This document shows, in pieces, positions 17,700 through 27,800 of a stretch of 41,767 bases of DNA. Position numbers and translations under genes: made by a program. The stretch is from positions 1 to 41,767 of IMG/VR virus record IMGVR_UViG_3300032303_000221; one strand, 5' to 3'. A model generated the notes under the pieces. It had not been told where the DNA came from, searched no databases, and worked only from the letters and a program-made list of their open reading frames with translations. Every line of letters begins with the position of its first letter. Position 1 is the first letter of the stretch. This DNA is from a virus. Its lineage: Duplodnaviria; Caudoviricetes.

Positions 17700-19295
17700 A
17701 TGCAGGGCACTGATCTCCTTCGCGATCCCGGTATCCAAAAGGCTCTCAGCCGTTCCAAGTTCACGGAACGGGATGTGCCTGAACTCAGCACGGCTATCGG
17801 TGACGCTTACTCTGGTCTGACGCCAGAGCAAAAGCAGGCTCTTCAGGGGCTCTCCAACGAACTCGATACCTTCCCTGTTCCAAAGCTCATGGCCTTTGGG
17901 TCTCTTCTGGAATATCTGAAGAAGAACAAGGATCGGTACAAAGCTGTCGTCCAGAAGCTCTACGCCTCCAAGCTTATCAATGAGGGTGATCTTCCTGCCG
18001 AATACGATGATCGCCTGTTCGCAATCATCGAGGGCATGGTCCATCAGGCCATGATGAAAAAGCCGGAGGGCGGTGGGCCGAATATGCCTGCTCCTATGCC
18101 CCCGGCACCCGGCTACAAGAAGGGTGGGATTGTCAGCCTACATGAGGCGGCACAGCGTCTGAAGGATGCAGGCCGTAACGATGATACGATGCTGGCTCAT
18201 ATCACGCCCGAAGAGGCTCTACTCTTGAAGAGCCGGGGCGGTGAGGGCAGCATCAACCCTGCAACGGGTCTTCCGGAATATGGGTTCTTCTCGTCCATCG
18301 GAAGCTTCTTCAAGTCGGCTGCGCCTATCGTTCTTCCTGTTCTCGGCGGTCTCGTAGGCGGTCCTCTCGGGGCTGCGGCAGGCGCGGGCGTGGGTTCTCT
18401 TGTTAGCGGGGCCTCGCCCGCCAATGCAGTCAAGAGCGCGCTCTTTGCGGGCGCTGTTGGTTTTGCAGCGTCTGGCGTCAGTAGCGTGATGCAGGGCGGG
18501 ACATTTATGGGCGGCGTTCAGAACGCGCTTCCCGAGTCCCTTGGTGGTGGGACAAATACCGTTGGTGGGGGCGGAGCGCAGAAGGGCTTTCTTGAGTCCA
18601 TGATGGGTGGTCCAAGTACCCCGGTTACGCCAGAGGGGGTAATCCCAAATGCTACGGGGGCGGGATCTCCAAGCATCCAAGGTGATCTGAACCGACCCGG
18701 TACTCTTTATGAGCCGCCCTCTGCCGACGCTTTTCAAAAAAGTGTTTCGAGTGGGTTTACGGGCGATACATTGAAAGCACCTACCGCTGCTCCGACATCC
18801 ACAGGTGGCGCTCTTAGCGGTCTTGGCGGCTTAGTAGATAAGGCTGGAAATTGGATCAAGGCAAATCCCCTGACTTCAGTTGGTATCGCTGGCGTCGGTG
18901 GAGCCCTGCTTGCAAGTTCGATGGCGAACAAGTCCACTACCCCCGGCGCTCTTCCCCCCCGTCAGACTGGAAACGATATTCTTGCGGCTAACCCAAGCCG
19001 CTACGCCTTCAATATCAGCAACTTCACTCCTACGCAGCGGGCTCCTACATCACCTGTTGTTCCGTACCAGCCGGGTGGATTGGGTGCCATTCGAATGGCA
19101 ACTGGTGGTGTAGCCAAGCAGGGTGGAAAGATTGATGGACCCGGCACGGGAACTAGCGACTCGATCCCTGCGCGTCTCAGTGATGGTGAGTTTGTCATGA
19201 CAGCAAAAGCTGTCAGAGGTGCTGGTGGCGGTGACAGAATGAAGGGCGCTCGTAAAATGTACGAGATCATGCACAGATACGAGCGGATGGCTTAA
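17700..19295 (+). CDS. internal virion / ejection protein
   Basis: LAHITPEEALLLKSRGGEGSINPATGLPEY, Gly/Ala hydrophobic segments, C-terminal IDGPGTGTSDSIPARLSDGEFV. Confidence 0.7.
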   Translation: MQGTDLLRDPGIQKALSRSKFTERDVPELSTAIGDAYSGLTPEQKQALQGLSNELDTFPVPKLMAFGSLLEYLKKNKDRYKAVVQKLYASKLINEGDLPAEYDDRLFAIIEGMVHQAMMKKPEGGGPNMPAPMPPAPGYKKGGIVSLHEAAQRLKDAGRNDDTMLAHITPEEALLLKSRGGEGSINPATGLPEYGFFSSIGSFFKSAAPIVLPVLGGLVGGPLGAAAGAGVGSLVSGASPANAVKSALFAGAVGFAASGVSSVMQGGTFMGGVQNALPESLGGGTNTVGGGGAQKGFLESMMGGPSTPVTPEGVIPNATGAGSPSIQGDLNRPGTLYEPPSADAFQKSVSSGFTGDTLKAPTAAPTSTGGALSGLGGLVDKAGNWIKANPLTSVGIAGVGGALLASSMANKSTTPGALPPRQTGNDILAANPSRYAFNISNFTPTQRAPTSPVVPYQPGGLGAIRMATGGVAKQGGKIDGPGTGTSDSIPARLSDGEFVMTAKAVRGAGGGDRMKGARKMYEIMHRYERMA

Positions 19296-19297
19296 TC

Positions 19298-20371
19298 ATG
19301 GCTGACGTAACCACAACAGAACAAATTGTCCGCGAAGCCCCAGATATTGAAGCCTATAAGCTTGGGCTTTTGGATCTGGCAAAAAAGCGTGCTGAGATGC
19401 CCGTAACTATTCCAGATATGACCGTTGCGGGTCAGACGCCGGAACAGATCAAAGCTACCCAGCTTGCCGGTCAGGGGATTGGGTCATACCAGCCTTTCCT
19501 AAACACGGCTTCGTCACTTTACGGGCAGGCGGGTCAGGGTTATGGGGCTGTACCGTCATATGGTGCGGCAGGAATTGAAGCTGTCAGAACTGGTGGCAAT
19601 GCTGCTGTTGATCTGGCGTTGCAGGGCGCGCAGGCTTACAACCCGAACTCTGCCCAGAACTTTATGAACCCCTACCAACAGGCGGTCACGGATCAGGCCA
19701 CGAAGGAGATGCAGCGTCAGGCTGCAATCCAACAGGCACAGAACCAAGCGCAGGGTGTGAAGGCTGGTGCTTTTGGTGGAAGCCGTCAGGGTGTCCAAAC
19801 CTCGGAGCTTGCCCGCAATCTGGCGGATATTCAGAGCAAGCGGATCTTTGAGGACTACTCCACGAACTACAGTCAGGCCCAGACGGCGGCGATGAATGCC
19901 TTCCAGAACCAGCAGTCTCGTCTTCAGCAGGCAGGGAACACGGCCCTTGGTGCGGGGACCGCGCTTGGTCAGGCTAATATCTCTGGTGGGCAGTTGCAAC
20001 AGGGGGCGGCTGCGGGTCTTGCGGGTCTTGGAACATCGACCGCGAACCTTGGACAGTTGACCTCGGGCCTTGGTCAAGGGGATGCTTCGTTCCTGTACAA
20101 CATGGGGACGCAAAACCAAACCTTCCAACAGAAGACGCAGGATGCTACGAGGGCTAACGAGCTTCAACAGGCATACGAGCCGTTCCAGCGTATCTCGTTC
20201 CTCAGTGACATTTACAAGGGTGCGCCGTCTTCGCAACAGACGATTAGCCAAGCCACTTCTCCGTCTCCATCCATCCTTTCTCAGGCTGGTGGTCTGGGCA
20301 TTGCGGGTCTGGCGGCGTATAACTTGTTCGGTGGTAAGTCGGGTGCTGCATCTGCGGTTGGTGGGGGTTAA
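19298..20371 (+). CDS. internal virion / DNA transfer protein
   Basis: Gln/Ala/Gly-rich, FMNPYQQAV, AGAFGGSRQGV, hydrophobic C-terminal GLGIAGLAAY. Confidence 0.7.
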   Translation: MADVTTTEQIVREAPDIEAYKLGLLDLAKKRAEMPVTIPDMTVAGQTPEQIKATQLAGQGIGSYQPFLNTASSLYGQAGQGYGAVPSYGAAGIEAVRTGGNAAVDLALQGAQAYNPNSAQNFMNPYQQAVTDQATKEMQRQAAIQQAQNQAQGVKAGAFGGSRQGVQTSELARNLADIQSKRIFEDYSTNYSQAQTAAMNAFQNQQSRLQQAGNTALGAGTALGQANISGGQLQQGAAAGLAGLGTSTANLGQLTSGLGQGDASFLYNMGTQNQTFQQKTQDATRANELQQAYEPFQRISFLSDIYKGAPSSQQTISQATSPSPSILSQAGGLGIAGLAAYNLFGGKSGAASAVGGG

Positions 20372-20374
20372 ACG

Positions 20375-21871
20375 ATGAACGATCCTGTCCTTGACCGTGC
20401 GATGTTCCGCAACCAAGCCCCCGTATCGTCCTACGGGACGGGGATAACGTCCAACGTGGCGTCTCCCGACGAGGCCGCTCGCGCCTTGCAGATGGCGTTC
20501 CAGCCGACCGGCTATGCTGGTGGTGGACAGGTTATCAATGGGGTGAAGCACTTCCAACAGGGTGGCGAGAACGTATCTGGCGGTCGTAGCTTCCTTGGTG
20601 GGATGTTCCGTCTCCCCGATCCAGATACGGTTTTGACGCCAAGCCGATACAAACCTGTTATGCAGGCAATGGAAGAACGTGCGCAAGCAAGAGCAGCGGA
20701 TGCTGCCGCTGCGGCTTATGACCAAGATATACGAGACCAGAATGTCCATGACCAAGGTCCCGAGGAGGTTCCGAAGAGCCAGTTTGGGCGCGCAGTTGCA
20801 GCCGCAAAAGTTACCCCGGAAGAACGCGCCGCTCAAAATCTTGCGGTGGTGAGTGTTGGTCAGAGGTTGCGTGGTATTGGTGGTCCAGATGAGACTAAGT
20901 ATCCCGGTGGGGCACTTGATCCATTTCGCGATCTGACAGATGAACAGATAGCAGAGAGAGCCGCTACCCGCGCTCAAACCCGTAAGGAAATAGCCGATGC
21001 TGCGATAGCAAGATCCAATGCTGGCATCCCCTCTATTCCAACCGGAGAGCCTATCAAATTGGATGCTCCTGACTATGCGCGTCCGGGGTATGATCCGACA
21101 AGTAAGGCGGCTGTAGACAAGTATCTCAGTAAAGGTATTCCTTCGGTTGCTCCTCCCGCAGCCAAGCCAGTTGTTACTGAGGCCGCAGCGGCTGCTGCCC
21201 CAACTGTTCCTCCCCCTGCTGACAAGGCGGGTGCGGGTGCAGGCGCAAAAAATCCCGACGAAGAAAGCGGCCTCGGCAAGCGCCTGTCACTGCGCATTGA
21301 CGAGTTGAAGCAGGAGCGTGAGGCTAACAAAGCACAGCGCCGTGAAAACCAGCTTCTTGCGTTGATGCAAGCTGGCTTCCAAGCGGCTGCGGGCAAAAGC
21401 TCCAGCGCCCTTACAAACATCGCTAGTGGTGGTTCTGCCGGTATTGCAACTCTTGCGGATCTTGAGAAGACCCGTCGTGCCGAGGATACGGCCCTTCGTG
21501 GCGAAGCTCTCCAGCTTGAGCTTGCGAAGGAAAAGATGATTGAGTCCGGTGCGGAACGTAGGTCTCAACGTGAGATGCTGACCTCTCAAAGGCAGCAGTC
21601 GCTTCTTCAGAACGTGACCGTTAACGCCCGTCAGGAAATCTCCGGAATCAACAGCACTATCGCCAACGAAGAGGCCAAACTTTTGAACCCAGCAGTAACT
21701 GAGGATCAAAAAGCCCCAATCAAGGCTGAAATAGCTAGGCTCAAAAATCAGCGAGACGTTGCCGCCCAGCAGCTATATGATGTGTATGCGCAGATGGGCT
21801 TGAAGCGGCCAATGACACCGGAACAGCAACAGCCTGCTGCCGGATTTAGCTACATAGGCCCGAAGAAATAA
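20375..21871 (+). CDS. internal virion / ejection protein
   Basis: VLDRAMFR N-terminus, YAGGG and FQQGG motifs, coiled coil with ALMQAGF. Confidence 0.65.
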   Translation: MNDPVLDRAMFRNQAPVSSYGTGITSNVASPDEAARALQMAFQPTGYAGGGQVINGVKHFQQGGENVSGGRSFLGGMFRLPDPDTVLTPSRYKPVMQAMEERAQARAADAAAAAYDQDIRDQNVHDQGPEEVPKSQFGRAVAAAKVTPEERAAQNLAVVSVGQRLRGIGGPDETKYPGGALDPFRDLTDEQIAERAATRAQTRKEIADAAIARSNAGIPSIPTGEPIKLDAPDYARPGYDPTSKAAVDKYLSKGIPSVAPPAAKPVVTEAAAAAAPTVPPPADKAGAGAGAKNPDEESGLGKRLSLRIDELKQEREANKAQRRENQLLALMQAGFQAAAGKSSSALTNIASGGSAGIATLADLEKTRRAEDTALRGEALQLELAKEKMIESGAERRSQREMLTSQRQQSLLQNVTVNARQEISGINSTIANEEAKLLNPAVTEDQKAPIKAEIARLKNQRDVAAQQLYDVYAQMGLKRPMTPEQQQPAAGFSYIGPKK

Positions 21872-21887
21872 CTCTGGGATGTAAAAC

Positions 21888-24800
21888 ATGGCGATTCACG
21901 AAGTCCAAGCGCCTGATGGCGCAATCTTGCAGATTGAGGCTCCCGAGAACGCCACCCCAGAACAGATCGTCGCTTATGCGAAGAACTATGCCTACCCGAA
22001 ATATCTTGAGGACAAGAACAAGCCTGAGGAGAAGCAGTCGTCCCTCCGTCAGGTAGCCGACGTTCCTCTTCAAGTTGGTAAGGGCGTAGTCTCTGGTGTC
22101 CGCATGATTGCGGATGCTTTTGGTGCAGGAAGCAACACCTCCAATACAATCAAGGGTGCCGAGGATTATCTCGGCAGTCTTCTGTCAGCTAAGTCGCAGA
22201 AGAACGCACAAGAAATTTCCCGCATCATGAATGATGCGAAGGATAAGGGTGTATGGGATCAGGTTGTGGCTGCGGCCAAAGCGATCAGCACAGCCCCGGT
22301 TGATCTTGTTGCAAATGCTCTTGGAACCTCTGCCCCTGCTTTCCTTGCGGGTATTGCTGCTGGTCCAGAGATTGCCGCCACAGGAGCTGCGCTTGGTATC
22401 GGCGCACTCATGGGTGCTGGATCCATCAAGGGATCCATCTACGAAGAGGTAAAGCAGGAACTGACAGGAAAACTCCCTGCCGAGGAAGTCGAGAAGCGCG
22501 CTCAACTTGCCCAGCAGTATAACGGTCAGAACCTCGACCAGATCCTCATGGGCGCTGGTTTCGGAACCCTTGATGCTATCACTGGTGCGAACCGTATCAT
22601 TTCCAACGCCGCAAGACGAGCCGCTGGTAAAACCGCAATTATGGGAGGGGAAAAGGAAGTCGGGAAAGGCGTCCTAAAGCGCACAGCCTTGGGCGCTGCG
22701 GAAGAGGCTCCGCTTGAGGCGCTTCAGGGTGGACAAGAACAACTTGCCCAGAACATTGCCATTCAGCGGGAAGGCATCGACCGCCCGACGTGGCAGGGCG
22801 TTGCAGGACAGGCGGCGCTTGAAGGTGGCGCTGGCGCTCTTGCGGGTGGCGTAACAGGCGGCGTTCTTGGCAAACGCCCCGAACCCATTATCCCGCCAAC
22901 CAGCACATCCACTGCACCGCCTCCCCCAAATGCCGCCGCCGGAGCGGTTGTTCCTCCCGCGCTGCCCCCGGTCCCCGGACTTCCGTCCACTGGTGGGCCT
23001 CTGGCGACTCCGGGGTCCGTGGCCCAGACGTTAGCCCAACAGCAGCCGCCAGAGATCCAACAGTTAATTCAAGCACTCCAAACGCAACAGAAGCTTGCCA
23101 CACAGACAGGAAATACAGGATCGGCCCCACAGCCGGGTCCGACGCAACTTTTCGTTCCTCCTCCGGTGGATCTATTTGCTCCATCCGCAACACCTCTTGG
23201 AATTGCGCCTGCTCCAACGCAAGCGGCCCCGGCAATCGCCCCTATCACATCGGCCAAACTTCCTCCCGCCCTGTCAAACTCCACGCCGTTCTTTGGAACA
23301 AATGGTGGAAACGTCGCCCTTACCTTTGAGAACGATATCGACAGAGCCCTCTATATCGTAAGGGATCAAAAGAAGAAGTCGAAGGCTCACGATAAGTACA
23401 TCGAATGGCTTATGGGTCAGGGCTTCACTGCTGCTGGTATCAAGAAGGAAGCGGCCAAGGTAAAGAGCGGCATCAAGAGCCTTCTGAACATGGCCCCCGG
23501 TGTGGACTATTACCATGTCCCCCCGATCTTCACGCCTTCGGCTCCGAAAGCAGCGCCTATCGCCCAGACCCAGCAACAGCCGCCCGAGATCCAACAGTTA
23601 ATTCAAGCACTTCAAGCGCAACAGCAGCCTCCTGTTGGGCAGGCTCCGGTTGGGCAGCCTCCTATTGTCGAACCTCCGACCACGGCCCTTGGACAGACGG
23701 CAGCTCCTGTTGTTGAGCCGCCCGTGGACCTTGGACCAGAGCCCGTCTTTGCTCCTCCGATGTTGGTGAAGCCTCCCGTTCCTGTTACACCGACCCCGCC
23801 AGAGCATTTAACAAAGACTGTCAACACAAGCGTCAAGTCTGTCCGTAAGCTTCAGACTGAGCCGATGCTTGTGGAACTTTCTGACGTTATCTCCTCGGAG
23901 GTTCCCGGCTACCAGAAAGAACTTCAACCTCGCGACCGCAGTAAGCTTGAGTCTGAAAATCAAATCAACGGCATCGTCGCCGAGTTTGATCCCAGCCGTC
24001 TTATGTTCGACCCGAGTGCTGATCGTGGCGCTCCCATCGTCAACGAGAACGGTCACGTTGAGAGCGGCAACGGTCGTATCATGGCGCTCCGCAAAATATA
24101 CGAGAGCCGTCCAGAACTTGTGATCGACTACAAGAACGAACTTATGTCGAACGGATTTGACATTGAGGGCATGAAGAACCCGGTTCTTGTGCAGCGTCGG
24201 GTGACGCCCCTGACGCCGAGGCAGATCGTTGATTTTGTGGAGACGCAGAACAAGCCCGGCGTTCTTGAGCCGGGTCCGACCGAGATAGCAAAGAGAGACG
24301 CCCTCCGGATAAACGCTTCGATGCTCAACAAGATCCCTGAAAACGGGGATTGGACAAATCCAAACTTTATTCGGGAGTTCATGAAAAATGTCTCCGACAA
24401 CGAAATGGGAGGCTTGTCTGAGAACGGGAAGATAACGGAGAAGGGCTATAAGAGGATTCGAAATGCAATCTTCTATCTTGCATACGGGGATGCGCAGTCT
24501 CTTGCACGTATCTCCGTAACACCAGAAGACAATGTGAAGTCGATCTCCACGGCGCTCATCAAGAACGCCGCGAACTTTGCAAAGATCAGAGCCTCTATCA
24601 ACGAGGGTAGAACGGATCCGGGTTTCTCGTCCGAACCTCTGATTGATGCGGTTAACCGCATATCGGATATGCGTGACAGAAAATTTGGGTTTGAGGATTA
24701 CATCAAGCAACAGGATGTCTTCAATCCAATCTCGCCTATGACAGAAAAGTTTATGCGTCTGTTCTACAGCGACAAGACTCGTTCCATCGGAGACAAGTCC

Positions 24801-27800
24801 CGTGCGCTTGGTCTTGAGCGCATATCACAGGGGCTTAACTACTACTCGACGGAGGCATTGAAGATTTCCCCCGAGCCTGCGCTTGGGTTTGGTCTCCCTC
24901 CCGTCACTCCGATGGATCTCATAACGGCTGCAACCAAGATAGCGCACCGGACAGTTCAGCCTTCTGAAACGCAGACCACGGAGCCCGTGGTCGAGACGCT
25001 TCCTCTTGTGACCGAGAACATCCAACCACCGACCGTGGAAACCGCACCTCCGCTTGCGGCAATAACTGTCACCGAGAAGAAGCGTGTCAATCTTGGACCT
25101 ATGGACGGGACGGTGACTCGGGTCACGTTCTCCGATGGAACAGTGACTGATATACAGCGGATTAATTCTGCGGGCACGATGGGCCTACCGGGGTGGCACG
25201 ACACATCCAAGAGCGTTACGCAGTTCTCTTATCTTGGAGACACTGAGGCGCAAGCTATCCAACAACTTCTTCAGCGCCGCAATGCTGAGAAGTTTGCTCC
25301 GATGACCACAACACCTTTGGATAATGCTGTTCTCGATAGCGTGAAAAAAACTACGCATTTGAACGTCAACGATGCGACACGCGCTTACTTAGATGAGAAA
25401 CTTCCGGGGGTCTTGGATGTTCTCAAAGAAGCACAATACCGTCTGTACCCCGGCACGACTATGGAAATAATAGGGATCCAGAATAGGACTATGGGTGCCT
25501 ATGGTAGGGCCGCTACAACACCTAACAATGTCAAAATACAGTTTTCTGTCGAAGACCTGATGAAGGATTACGGGGGAAAGAACTATCCACAGAAACTGAT
25601 GCACACGCTTCTTCACGAGTTTTCGCATCCGATACAGAAATTCTTGATCCACACATCCTCCGTGGAGACTCAAGTCGAGATCGCAAAACAGTTTCAGAAA
25701 GACCGTAGCAGCACTGCTGCCCAGCGCGCCTTTCTGTACAAATATCTGGTCGAAAGCCAGAACCCCAGCATCGACATGAGTTCGTTGAAGTCGAAGCTCC
25801 TGGAAGCATTTGACCTAACAGAACAGCAGTATCAAAAAATCCTCAATACCACGAAAGACATTGGGGAGAAGAACGACCTGTACCGCTTCGGGCTAAACAG
25901 GAAGTACCTTCGCAGCTTTGAAGAGTGGGTTGCAGAGAGGGGGGCCAAGTGGCTCTCGAAGGAACTTGAGGGGCGTATCCCCCAAACGGTTTTTGAGAAA
26001 TTCGAGAAGGCTGTTCTGGACAAGCTTCGTGATGCTTACGAAGTTGTTGCTAAGATCATGGGTATTCGTACAGACAACGGGGCCTTTGAGAAGCTTCTGT
26101 CAGACGTATGGGGGGTTAGGACAACAACCCGTTACCGTGAGACAGGGAAAGTGGACTTCAAAACGAATAAGTCGATTACGTCTTTTCCAGATCTTCCGTC
26201 CGATCAGAATTTTGCATATGAAGCCGCTGTAAATGGAAACCCGGACCCTATCAATAACCTCCCCGGTGGACCGACTGCGAAACTAAACTCCGAGCGGTGG
26301 TCCAAGGTCGTCAGTGCGACCCGCGAGTTCTTTGATCCGTGGTTCACGGTAGACAAGTTCCCGATCTTGTCAGAGTTCAGAAACCTTCTGTTCGGCAAGA
26401 TTGGCATGGCTACGCAAAGGGCGAAGGATCTTTCCAGCACCATCTCCAAGGGAACCCAAGAGGTCCAGACGCAGACCTATACCTATCTCACCACCCGCAA
26501 CGCAGACCCTTCGTTAATTACCGACGAGAAGGTTCGCGCCGCTGCGGAGGAAGTGAAGAAGGAGATCAACCGTACTGCGCTTGAGTTGGTGCAGAAGGGG
26601 TATATCTCCGAGGATAGCCTCGCCAAATACTACGACCAGTATCTCCCTCGTATGTACCTCTACTACGAAATGACAGGTCGTGGGATCAAGACGAGCAACA
26701 TGGGCGTGAGCCCACGCGAGTACCTTGATCTCCGAAAGGAGCTTCCCGAAGAAGCCCGTCAAATTCTGGGCGAGATCAAGAACCCCGCCTTCCTTTCGTA
26801 CATCGCTCTGTCTCGTCCCCAAGCGGACTTGGCAAAGATGGACTACTTCAACAACATCGTTCGTCAGACCGATGTGCGTTGGATTGCGCCCAACAGTCTT
26901 GTGGATTTCGAGGGTCACAAGGTAACGCCATATTGGCTGGCTAACGAAGCCAAGGTTATGCGTAAGCTTGGGGACCTGACAGAACAGACAGACCCTGCTG
27001 GTTCGCAGGCGATGTTTGCTCGTGCAACCAATCTTCAGTTAGCGGCAGATCAAGTTCTTGGAACCCTCTCGGATCAGATACCCGACGGCTACAAGCGTAT
27101 GCCTGACAGCGCGAGTTACGGCGCTCTGCGCGGAGCCATCGTCCAGAAAGGCATCTACGACGACATCATTGGGACCTTCGTTGCAATCCCGATTAGCGAG
27201 AAGCCCTTTATGCAGTCGCTGCTTGGCGACGAGCGAAGCAGCCTCGTAAAGGCAAACCAAATCTGGAAGATGATGAAGGTCACGCTCAACGTGCCTTCGC
27301 AGATCCGCAACATGGTGTCGAACGCCATCGCATTGAACGTCTTCGGCGGCGTTCCGTTCTATCGGATTGCGCCGCTCTTGCTTCGTGCTTCCAAGGAAGT
27401 GTCGGAGAACGGAAAATACTGGCAGGAGGCGCAGAAGTACGGCATCACTGGCGGAACCATGTCGTCTGCTGAACTGATCCAGATGCGGGCGACCCTCGAA
27501 CAGTACCTCCGTAAGGGCGGCGGCAAGGATATGATGGGAGCCTTTGCCGCCGTCCGTATCGCTGCGGGCAATGCTGTTGGCGCGGCTTCTGACATCTACC
27601 AGAAGACAGAAGTTCTATTCAAGATGGTGCAGTTTCTTCATGAGCGTGACAAGCCGGGCGTGACAGCTTCTCAGGCTGTCGATGCAGCCAATGAGGCGCT
27701 GTTTGATTACACGAAGGTTAATCCAAACATCCGCTTCCTGCGTAACTCCCCCATCGGTCTTCCCTTCGTTACCTATTACTACAAGGTGCTGCCGAAGCTG

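Noticed and set aside
19556-20977. Long antisense ORFs (473 aa here; also 4078-4842, 4851-5612, 12190-13002, 23808-24710)
   Set aside because: They shadow well-supported + strand genes, lack RBS or motifs, and are expected from codon bias in GC-rich sequence
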